From an uncultured Actinomycetota bacterium (GTDB taxonomy: Bacteria; Actinomycetota; Actinomycetes; Propionibacteriales; Propionibacteriaceae), in NCBI GenBank assembly GCA_963780005.1, contig CAWAAK010000028.1, positions 37,730 to 101,729 of the forward strand: a stretch of DNA of 64,000 nucleotides, read 5' to 3'. The notes beneath the pieces were generated by a model. The model did no database searches. It worked only from the letters and a program-made list of their open reading frames with translations, and had not been told where the DNA came from. Below, in pieces: positions 38,901-46,680 of the stretch; within the stretch, counting starts at the first letter, position 1; the number at the start of each line of letters is the position of its first letter. The position numbers and the translations under genes were made by a program.

Positions 38901-39110
38901 CGACTCCGAAGAGGAGGGTGATCATGATGACGAGCGGGTCCGGGCCGGTCAGTAGCGCCAACGGATCGGACCACGCTGACAGCGCGGTCCAGAGTTGCCG
39001 GGTGAGCGCGAGCAGGAGCACCGGAACCCCGAACAGCCCGCCAGTCAGGGCGACGAGCGCGGCCAAGCCGCGGATCACCCGCATGGGCTGTCTTTCTCGG
39101 ACCGTGACAT
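35955..39110 (-). pseudogene. 4-TM membrane protein with two extracytoplasmic LysM domains and a cytoplasmic winged-helix + BTAD (SARP-like) C-terminus; about 1040 aa, one frameshift near 38330-38400 and possibly a second near the start
   Basis: N-terminal ORF: MRVIRGLAALVALTGGLFGVPVLLLAL..., two more TM helices, then LysM1 (HVVELGDDLWSLAQRYYGRGTDWRRIAAANP...GWKLRIP). After the frame change: LysM2 (VVVQPGDTLSAIAQRAYGAERRWPVLWRANR...GMRLVVP), a P/S/T linker, TM4 (LVVAGLAAAGALLSASLIAGLAA), and ~330 aa of unassigned sequence. Next comes LRLLGPIDLIGAAG...RATRQCLEYCGWLLENPGATAHRMAVSL...SRLRTWLG (wHTH), then the BTAD-like ...LELVRGAPLADA...WAEELR...LAAAPGDELLLVARIRTEDQAGNRAEVERL. The start is either ATG 39084 (MRVIRG) or the RBS-preceded ATG 39110, which is 1 nt out of frame. 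Confidence 0.7.
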
Positions 39111-39173
39111 GCGGCCCTCCTTCTCGCCTGGGCTCACCCTGACGGTCCGCCGAGGGGCGCGCCAGCGCTGAGT

Positions 39174-39200
39174 TGTTGTCGGTCGGCCTGAGGTGTTGTC
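39174..39200 (-). promoter_or_regulatory. two GACAACA heptamers 20 nt apart (minus-strand sense) upstream of the LysM/BTAD gene
   Basis: The minus strand reads GCGGACAACACCTCAGGCCGACCGACAACAACTCAG. The extended matches GCGGACAACACC and CGACCGACAACA recur at 46587-46650. Confidence 0.4.
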
Positions 39201-39203
39201 CGC

Positions 39204-40104
39204 TCATCCGGCCGGGCCCAGCAGGAGCGTCAACAGGGCAGCGACCAGGAAGATCAAACCGAAGATCAACGCCGGCAGTGTCATGTAGACCGTCATGCCT
39301 TCGGCGGCGGCGCTGGCCAGCAGGCGTTCCTTGGTCAGGTGCGCGTCCCGCAGTTCCTTGACCCGCGCCCGGAGGGTGCCCGACAGGGCCGCACCGGTTT
39401 CGTCCAGCTGCATCACGTCGGCGACATCATTCAGTTCCGGCAGGTCGAGCTGCTCGGCCAACCGCCGCAACTCACCGTACGGGGACTGCTGCTCGAGCCG
39501 CGCGCGTTCGAGGGCTATCCGGATCTGGCGGAACAGGGGGGCATCGCTCAGCTCGGCCGCCTGTTGGAGGGCCGAGGTGGCCGAGGCGTTGGCCAGCCGC
39601 TCCAGGGTGACCAGATCCAGGAAGACGAGTAGCGCCTCCACCGCGCTGGAGCGGGAGGCGCGCGCCGTCCGGCGCAGCAGCAGATCCGGGGCGAAGTATC
39701 CGGTCACCGCGCCGAGCAGGGCCAGCGCGGCCGGCCAGGCCGACGTACGGCCGGTGAGCAGCAGATAGCCGAAGCTCGACGGCGGTAGGGATCGCCGCCC
39801 CTACCACCGCCATCACGATCTTGTCGGCGTAGAACTCGGCCACCGACTTCCCCTGCAGCCGCAGGCTCTGGCGCTGTCGCTCGGTCAGCGGGATCGGGGA
39901 GTGTCGGAAGAGCCACGCGCCGAGCCGCTCCGAGGGGCTGCCTGCCATGGTGAGCTCGACGGGGTTCGAGGCGGAACCCGGCTCGCCGAAAACCCGCTGC
40001 AGCGCGGGTTCCAGCTTCGGCGGCGTGGGCACCAACGCCGCTGTGATGATCACCACACCTCCGGCGATCAGCAGTCCGGTGACCATGATCAACATCGGCG
40101 TCAT
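39204..40104 (-). pseudogene. tadC: Flp pilus assembly inner-membrane protein TadC (T2SS F-domain), one frameshift near 39778-39785
   Basis: MTPMLIMVTGLLIAGGVVIITAAL... then a frame change ...SSFGYLLLTGRTSAWPAALALLGAVTGYFAPDLLLRR...ELRRLAEQLDLPELNDVADVMQ...TVYMTLPALIFGLIFLVAALL. ATGA overlaps at both ends. Confidence 0.75.
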
Positions 40105-40971
40105 CGCCGGGCTCCGACCAGGATCCGTTCCCGCGGTGTCTGCTGAGCCTTGCGTCGCAGCAGGATGAGCGAGCCGAGATAGAGCACCACCAACACGGAC
40201 AGGATCAGCTGCCCGAGAGGCGTGCCGTACCCGGCGAAGAAGCTGGGTGACAGCACAAAGACCCCGCCCAGGGTGACCAGGCTGATGATCGTGACCTGTC
40301 GGACCACCACGTACGGCTTCGCCCGCTCGGTCTCGATCAGCCGTCGCCCCTTCAATTGATCTTGGATCGAATCGGCCAGGGCGGACAGGGTCATGCGAGG
40401 CGCCATTGGCACCGCGCCGTGCCGCCAAGATCAATGCCGCCACCACTCCATCGGCGTCGGGTGAGTCCAGTGCGTCCGCGAAGCTGCGCAGGGCATCGGC
40501 GGTATCCCAACGATTGTTCAGTCGATCGACCAGCCGGCCCACCTCGGGCAGCAACCGTGCCGGGGCGGTACGGCGCGAGATCCGGATGGCGTCAGTGACC
40601 GAACGGCCGGTGGTCATCGACGCCGCCAGCGCCCGGACCCAGCGGTCGAGGTCCTCCAGCAGTTCGACGTCTCGGGCTTTCGGCAGGACGAGCAGGTACG
40701 GCAACCCGATCGCCAGGATGGGAGCAGCCACGACGGCGACCGCCCACCCGGACAGCCCGGCCACGATCAGGCCGACGACCACACTGACGACGATCCGCAG
40801 ATCGCGGTTCCGGCCCGTGCGGCCCGGCGGGCGGCGGGTCAACCGAGCCCAGCACTCCGCCACAGATTCGCTCCGCCGAGTGCGGGTTGGCCACCCTCGG
40901 GACCAACCTGCAACGGCAAGCACCGCGCCGCCGACCAGCAGCACTCCCGCCACGACCGCGACCGCGGTCAT
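40101..40971 (-). pseudogene. tadB: Flp pilus assembly inner-membrane protein TadB, one frameshift near 40400-40420
   Basis: MTAVAVVAGVLLVGGAVLAVAGW...LPYLLVLPKARDVELLEDLDRWVRALAASMTTGRSVTDAIRIS... then a frame change ...TLSALADSIQDQLKGRRLIETERAKPYVVVRQVTIISLVTLGGVFVL. Confidence 0.75.
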
Positions 40972-42492
40972 GATGGACTCCCCGGCGCCAGCAGCTGAGC
41001 GGACTCTGGTAGGGCGCGGGCGAAGGGCAACAGTTCGGCTTCGAAGTCGGCGTCCGGGGTGAATCCCGCGGGCGCGGTGCGCGACCCCGTAGCCGAGTAG
41101 GTCAGGTGGGTTACCGGCCGACCATTCTCCAGCGCCCCGGTCGCCTGACGGATCTCGGAGATGTAGCGGCGACGGACTCCGCCCTTCCACGTTTCGTCCA
41201 CCAGGCGGACGTAGATGAACAAGGCGATGTTGTGCGCCACCTGGCGGTAGGCCTCGTCGATGGTCAACACTCCGCCCTGCGCGACCCGGGACGCCAACCG
41301 ATCGATCGTGGAGTCGGCAGAGTGTGAGTGGGTGGTGCTCATGGTGCCGGTGCCGGCCTGCATGGCTTCGAACATGGCGGCGGCTTCTCCGCCGCGGACC
41401 TCCCCGACGATGAGCCGGGAAAGGTTCTGCCGCAACGCTTCGGGCATCAGGTCGCTGATGGTGAACTCACCGACCCGACTGCCGCCGTTCGTTTCGCCGT
41501 GGCCGACCCGGGACTGCAGGGCAAGGATGTTCTCCCGGCCCGGCTGCAGGTGGGTCATCAGTTCGTAGTCGGTCTCGAGGGTGCCGAACCGTTCAGTGGC
41601 GGGGATCGCGTGGATCAGGGCTCGCAGCAAAGTGGTCTTGCCTGCGCCTTGATCGCCGGCGATCACCATCGACTTGCGAGCCAGCACAGCGGCGTCGAGG
41701 AATTGCGCCACCTCGGCCGGCATCAGTCCGCCGGCCACCAGGTCGGTGAGGGAGACGTCGGTGAGGATGTGTTGCCGGATCACCACACTCGGCCGGTACG
41801 ACAATCCGAAACCCATGGCGTGCAGGCGGAACCGTTCCCCGAGCGCCAAGGTGATGGTCGGGTGGGTGTCGTCGAACGGTCGCGACGGCTCCCCGTTCTG
41901 GCCGAGGAAACGGATCGCGTCGATCAGTTCGAGCGTCGCTGTCGGCGACCGGCGGCCGCTGCTCACGCCGCCCGTCGCCGTACTGGACCACGACCGAGTC
42001 GCACCCGGAGATCTCGATGTTCTCCACGTCGGGCAGCTCCAGCAGCGGTTGCAGCCGGCCGTAGCCGAAGACGGCGTTCTCCACTGCCTCGACGAACTGC
42101 TCCTCCTGCGCCCGCGACCACAGATCGGCCCCTTCCCGGTGCAGGGTTCGAACGTGATCGCCGACCACGCGGCGGATGACCGCCCGACCGAGAAGGACCC
42201 GATCGTCGGCGTGCATAGCCCGCCCCGTGCGAGTCGACTCGGACGCCCCCTCTTCGGTGATCAGTGCGGACGCCTGCCGTCGGAGCTCGACCACCGTCGG
42301 CCAGTCGACGAGCGACGGCGCCAGGCGCACTCCGAACTCGGCGACCTCTGGAGCCGTGAACGTGGTCCGCGGCGTGCTGTCGGCGCGCCCGCTTGTGTCG
42401 GCGGGTGCCTTGTCGAGTTCGCCGAGCAGGGGGACGTCCGCCAAGGACGCCTCGGCCGTCGGGTCGGCTTGGTCCGCGTGGAGGTCGGTCAT
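40968..42492 (-). pseudogene. tadA: CpaF/TadA secretion ATPase, one frameshift near 41931-41950
   Basis: The N-terminal ORF runs to ...NIEISGCDSVVVQYGDGRREQRPPVADSD. The frame then changes to ELIDAIRFLG...VIAGDQGAGKTTLLRAL (Walker A)...RLIVGEVRGGEAAAMFEAMQAGTGTMSTTHS (Walker B/His box). Confidence 0.85.
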
Positions 42493-43278
42493 GATCGGCC
42501 ACCGATCAGCTCGGCATGCAGTTCCAACCGATCCGAGAGATCGGTCGCCGTCGTGTGCAGTGCCCGGGCGAAGGCCGACGTATCGAATCTGCGGGCCCGA
42601 TCGCGGCCATCGGAGAGATGTCCGGCCGACGACGGATCCCACGGGATGGTTCCCGTCACGCGCACGGCCAATGCCCGGCCGATCTCCCGAGCGGAATAGG
42701 GCCTGCCTTCACCGACCACGATCAGGCCCAGGCGGCTGTCGCCTGCGTGGTTTCGGCGGTCCTCCACCAGAACCGGCAGGTGCACTTGCGCCGATACCAC
42801 CGCACGCAGGTCCGAGCGGACGACCAGTCCGGTGAAGGCCGCCGCATCCGCCAGTGGAGCGGGCAGGCCGCGGGGTCCGAGCCGGCCCGCATCGACCACC
42901 ACGTCGACGCCGATGTCCCCCAAGGCGTCGAAGGCGGCGACGAGATCCGCCCAGACACCAGCGAAGATGGCGGCGCTACCGGGACGGTTGAAGCCGGGCA
43001 GGAAGTGCCGCTGATGATCACCAGTCGGTGACCAGCGGCAGCGTCTGGTCGAGGATCACCTCGGTGAGCGGTCGGCGATCGCGGTGTGCCTCAGCGACTC
43101 GCAGCAAACCCTTGCCGTCCGAGCTCTGCCCGGCCAGGAATCCGGCCAGCACGGCTTGGTGGGCGCCTGGATCACAGTCGGCGAGCACCACCGACCGCGG
43201 CCAGGCGAGCGCCAATCCTACGGCGAGGGTCGTGACTCCGGGAGCACCGGAGACCGATCCGAGGACGACGATGGCCAT
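42489..43278 (-). pseudogene. tadZ: TadZ/CpaE-like ParA-fold protein with a degenerate Walker A, one frameshift near 43015-43025
   Basis: MAIVVLGSVSGAPGVTTLAVGLALAW has no Walker lysine. ...PLVTD / frame change / HFLPGFNRPGSAAIF...DVVVDAGRLGP...TGLVVRSDLRAVVSAQ...IPWDPSSAG. Confidence 0.7.
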
Positions 43279-43285
43279 GATCAAC

Positions 43286-43429
43286 TCACCCTGCTCGCCG
43301 CAGGGGCCTGAGCTCGCTGCGCTCGCACCCTCTTCACCCTGCTCGCCGCAGGGGCCTGAGCTCGCTGCGCTCGCACCCTCTTCACCCTGCTCGCCGCAGG
43401 GGCCTGAGCTCGCTGCGCTCGCACGCCGT
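43286..43429. repeat. three tandem 48-bp repeats filling the cpaB-tadZ intergenic gap
   Basis: Units lie at 43286-43333, 43334-43381 and 43382-43429. The first two are identical and the third diverges in its last ~8 nt. Each contains the hairpin CCCTGC-TCGCC-GCAGGG. The core recurs at 35239. Confidence 0.9.
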
Positions 43430-44158
43430 TCACCGATCGGCGTCACGGACGAGGGACAGGCGATCTTGGGCCGCCAACAGCGCGATCACCGGAGCCTGGT
43501 CGCTGCCCACGTCGACATTGACCAGGATCGAGGCGGCGTCCGGTCCTGGTTGTTGATCAACGACCCGGGCGGCGAAGGTCTTGCCCGCATACTCGTCGCG
43601 ATATCCGGGCTCGGCGTTGCCCGGGGGCACGGAGATCAACCGCACCGAGGAGCCGGGCAACAGATGATTGCTTGGAGCCCGGCCGGCCGTTAGCTTGATC
43701 CCGACCAACGCCCGTTTGTCCAGTGGGATCTTGCTCGGCGCGATCGCTCCTTGCGGCAGGACCGACCCTTCGATGAGGTCATACTGCGCCCGCTGCCCGA
43801 CCAACTGCGTCCGCTCGGCGGCCGGAACCGTCCGGATGCCCGGATCCCCGCTCAGGGTCACCGTGGTGAGATCCGATGCGGCCACGGTCTGCCCCCGATA
43901 GACCGTGTGGGCGAGGCCGACCACGGCGGTCTCCGTTGCCACCCGGGCGTAGATGAGGTACGAGAGCAGCCCTCCGATACAGATGGCGACGACTCCGAGA
44001 GCGATCCACTTCGGGTTGCGCCGGCCGGGGAGTCGCGGCGGCCCAGGGGTGGCCGGCGACGATTGCTGATCTTCCACCGGCCGGTGTCGGGGACTCAGTC
44101 GCCGGAACAGACCCGAGGTGCGCTCGGCGCGGGGGTGTGGTTCGGTCTCGATGCTCAT
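43430..44158 (-). CDS. cpaB: Flp pilus assembly protein CpaB/RcpC-like (SAF domain)
   Basis: MSIETEP...a single TM (WIALGVVAICIGGLLSYLIYA), then ...VVGLAHTVYRGQTVAASDLT...LVGQRAQYDLIEGSVL. Confidence 0.7.
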   Translation of the reverse strand: MSIETEPHPRAERTSGLFRRLSPRHRPVEDQQSSPATPGPPRLPGRRNPKWIALGVVAICIGGLLSYLIYARVATETAVVGLAHTVYRGQTVAASDLTTVTLSGDPGIRTVPAAERTQLVGQRAQYDLIEGSVLPQGAIAPSKIPLDKRALVGIKLTAGRAPSNHLLPGSSVRLISVPPGNAEPGYRDEYAGKTFAARVVDQQPGPDAASILVNVDVGSDQAPVIALLAAQDRLSLVRDADR

Positions 44159-44210
44159 GCGGTTCCCGAGGTGAGTAGGGGCGCCGCAGCGCGTGGCGGC
44201 GGAGTGATCA

Positions 44211-44624
44211 TCAGCGGCCTCCGGACGGGACCAACTCGGCTGCGGCCGACCCACGCGCCGAGACCGATCGGATACCGATGATCGCCAGGAAGATCGTGGG
44301 TTCCGTGGTGGCGGTGTCCACGGTCACTACGCCGTTGGAGACGCCGACGGTACCGGTCACACCGGGTTGGCCGCCCAAATAGGTACGCGCGGCGAGCACC
44401 GCAGCCCCTGCTGAACTGGAACCGCCCAGCGCTCCGGTGGCCCGAGCATTGGCGGCCACTCGCGCTGCACCCGCAGCGGCGACCTCGGCCCGGGTGGCGG
44501 CGGCGATCTGCTGTCCGCCATCGACGACCAATCCGGCGGCCATGATCATCGCGGCGAAGACGACGCAGAGAAAGACGCTGACGGCCTGTCCTCGTTCGTC
44601 CTGCGGCCGGGTCGTGGGTTTCAC
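44211..44624 (-). CDS. TadE/TadG-like pseudopilin (pilus assembly protein)
   Basis: DERGQAVSVFLCVVFAAMIMAAGLVVDGGQ is a TadG-type N-terminus. ATGA-coupled upstream. Confidence 0.65.
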   Translation of the reverse strand: MKPTTRPQDERGQAVSVFLCVVFAAMIMAAGLVVDGGQQIAAATRAEVAAAGAARVAANARATGALGGSSSAGAAVLAARTYLGGQPGVTGTVGVSNGVVTVDTATTEPTIFLAIIGIRSVSARGSAAAELVPSGGR

Positions 44625-45058
44625 GTCCGGCCCCGATAGGTGTCCAGGGCTGACGATCCGCTTTCCCTCAGGGTGATGCTGCCGGGCATGCCAGGCAGAA
44701 CGAGATCGGCGAAGGCTACGGAGCAGGTCACCGTTGCGCGAATCGTGGCCGGAGTGCCGACGGTGACTCTGAAACCGCTGGTGTCGACGTCGACGGCGCC
44801 GGCGGAACAGCGCAGACCGGCGGTGTCCAGCGAGCGCGCGGCGGCTCGTTCGCCGTCGCCACCCGCCTGACCGGGGGTACGAGCGAGGGAGCCAGCCCGG
44901 GCGGCGGCGTAGGCCGACTCCGTCACCGAAGCCCGGGCGAACCAGAGCCGGCCGCCCGCCACCATCAGGGCAAGCATGATCACCAGCGCGGGGACAGCCA
45001 AGGTCAACTCGACGGCGGCGGAGCCCCGGTCGTCGCGCGGCTTACGCGGGCTGATCAT
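44621..45058 (-). CDS. tadE: TadE-family pseudopilin
   Basis: DDRGSAAVELTLAVPALVIMLALMVAGGRLW is the TadE motif. Start and stop both overlap their neighbours (ATGA). Confidence 0.7.
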   Translation of the reverse strand: MISPRKPRDDRGSAAVELTLAVPALVIMLALMVAGGRLWFARASVTESAYAAARAGSLARTPGQAGGDGERAAARSLDTAGLRCSAGAVDVDTSGFRVTVGTPATIRATVTCSVAFADLVLPGMPGSITLRESGSSALDTYRGRT

Positions 45059-45441
45059 GGGTCGCTGAAGACTTCGCGGGGTGCGGCCGCGGATTCGGTG
45101 ATCCGCCCAAGCGGAAGATCGAGGATCGTCGGTGTCGTGCCCGACACCACGACCCGGACCTGCGCGCCGGACATGTCCACCCCGACCTCGACTGAACGCA
45201 GTCCGGCCGACGCCGCGATCTTGGTAGCCAGATCGTCGGCGGCCGCGGCCGAACCGGCGCTGCCGCTGGCGACATCGGCGGCCGCGATGGCGGCCCGCAA
45301 AGCAGCCTGGCGACCGTGGATCCAAATCCCCGCCTGGATGATCCCCAGAGTGACCAGCAGCAGCAACGGCCAGATCAGCGCGAGTTGAACCGATTCGCTG
45401 GTCCCTCGCTCGTTTCGAGCCAGGGAGACGGCCGGGATCAA
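45055..45441 (-). CDS. tadE: TadE-family pseudopilin
   Basis: NERGTSESVQLALIWPLLLLVTLGIIQAGIW. Confidence 0.7.
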   Translation of the reverse strand: MIPAVSLARNERGTSESVQLALIWPLLLLVTLGIIQAGIWIHGRQAALRAAIAAADVASGSAGSAAAADDLATKIAASAGLRSVEVGVDMSGAQVRVVVSGTTPTILDLPLGRITESAAAPREVFSDP

Positions 45442-45620
45442 CGCGGCAGACGACTCTGGACGAAGGCGGTGATGGCGGCGATGATGCCGAGGGCGATGGT
45501 GACCGCTCCCGCCAGCAGGATGGCGTTCTCGGCCGATTGACTGAGTCCTCGTTGATCGCGCGCTGCCGGAGTGCGGAGGAAGACCAGGACGCCGACGAGG
45601 CAGTGAAGGAGGCGGATCAT
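45438..45620 (-). CDS. flp: Flp-family type IVb prepilin (60 aa)
   Basis: Leader MIRLLHCLVGVLVFLRTPAARDQRG, then LSQSAENAILLAGAVTIALGIIAAITAFV (G/xxxxE processing-site type). Confidence 0.8.
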   Translation of the reverse strand: MIRLLHCLVGVLVFLRTPAARDQRGLSQSAENAILLAGAVTIALGIIAAITAFVQSRLPR

Positions 45621-45803
45621 GTCATCGTGACTCTCTGCGAGGGGATCGGATGTCGGGGCAAAGGGGCTGTTCGGTCAGACGCCGGGTCACCTTCGCACAA
45701 CCCGACCCGTGTCGGATAGTCCCGATCCAGCCTGATCGATGGCCTCTTTAGGACATGGCAGCTTCCTGACTCATACGGCCGGAAAACGAACGAATTAAGG
45801 GAT

Positions 45804-46541
45804 TCATGCTGCCTCGGCAATGGCTGCTGCCGACCGGGCCATTCGGCGTAGGGCCCAGCTGCATCGATAGCGCACCATCGCGGGGGTGGTGTGATGGCGG
45901 AGGGCGGCGTACCGTCCGGACGCGCCGTCGACGTACACCGTGTGCAGCAGGGCGGCGGTGGCCTGATCGATCACGCCGATCACGCGCGCGGTGGCGATCA
46001 CCCGGCCGGCGTCCCGGCAGGCCGCGAAGCCGTTGTGGTCCAGGACTTCGGAGTCTGTCCGCCGGTGCAGCACGTGCTCCCAGGTGGACTCCGACCAGGA
46101 TCCAGCACTCACCTCCAACCGGCGGGTGGACAAGCGGCCCAGGACGTCCTTGCGGGTATCCCAGGCGAGGTTGGCGGCGATCCGCCGGGGCCGCCGCGTC
46201 AGCGGGTAGCTGCGGATGCGACACCACAGCGCGGACACGAAGTCGTCAACGGCGACGCCCGGATTGGCCTGGGAGAGGCGGACCACCTTGCCCAGCATGG
46301 TCTGCAGCACGACCCGCCCGGCCAGCGTGTCGCCGTCCAGGACGAGGGCCACGAGAGCGCCGAGCACCGGGTCCGGGTCGGCGCAGATCTCGTCCAACAC
46401 GTCGGCCAGATCCGTGCAACGCGAGAGGGCGGGACGGGTCGCCGCCCATCCGGCCACTCGGCTCTGGTCACCTTCGACCAGGCGTTGCCACTCTGCGTTC
46501 AACCCGTCGATGAGCGCGTATCGCGATGACTGCTGCGGCAC
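45804..46541 (-). CDS. hypothetical protein at the head of the tad cluster, weakly sigma-70/ECF-like (tentative)
   Basis: GTG at 46541 with a GGAGG RBS 7 nt upstream. DDFVSALWCRIRSYPLTRRPRRIAANLAWDTRKDVL resembles sigma region 2. AALRHHTTPAMVRYRCSWALRRMA resembles the region 4 HTH. No strong motif, so only the ORF call itself is confident. Confidence 0.35.
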   Translation of the reverse strand: MPQQSSRYALIDGLNAEWQRLVEGDQSRVAGWAATRPALSRCTDLADVLDEICADPDPVLGALVALVLDGDTLAGRVVLQTMLGKVVRLSQANPGVAVDDFVSALWCRIRSYPLTRRPRRIAANLAWDTRKDVLGRLSTRRLEVSAGSWSESTWEHVLHRRTDSEVLDHNGFAACRDAGRVIATARVIGVIDQATAALLHTVYVDGASGRYAALRHHTTPAMVRYRCSWALRRMARSAAAIAEAA

Positions 46542-46586
46542 GATGGGGCCTCCTCGACTCGGGTCGAGACGAGCCTGCCGGGAAGG

Positions 46587-46646
46587 TGTTGTCCGCATTG
46601 TTGTCCGACACCCAGCGGGTGTCGTCGCTCAGCTGGAGGTGTTGTC
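46587..46646 (-). promoter_or_regulatory. array of four direct GAC(A/G)ACA heptamers spaced 20, 21 and 12 nt (minus-strand sense), 45-105 nt upstream of the first tad-cluster gene
   Basis: Plus-strand TGTTGTC at 46587, 46599 and 46640; TGTCGTC at 46620. CAGGCT lies 9 nt downstream of the proximal repeat on the minus strand. Confidence 0.45.
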
Positions 46647-46680
46647 GGTCGTACTCACGCTCGATGAATCTCGGTGAACC

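Noticed and set aside
43286-43429. Possible CRISPR array.
   Set aside because: The repeats abut directly with no spacers, there are only three units, and no cas genes are present in the window.
43018-43446. An ORF that reads the 3 x 48-bp repeats as an N-terminal (ASAASSGPCGEQGEEG)x3 extension of TadZ.
   Set aside because: The same 36-bp core occurs in a clearly non-coding spacer at 35239. The canonical TadZ N-terminus MAIVVLGS has its own ATG at 43278. The upstream GTG would overlap cpaB by 17 nt without an RBS. I therefore treat the array as a non-coding repeat, but this is not formally excluded.
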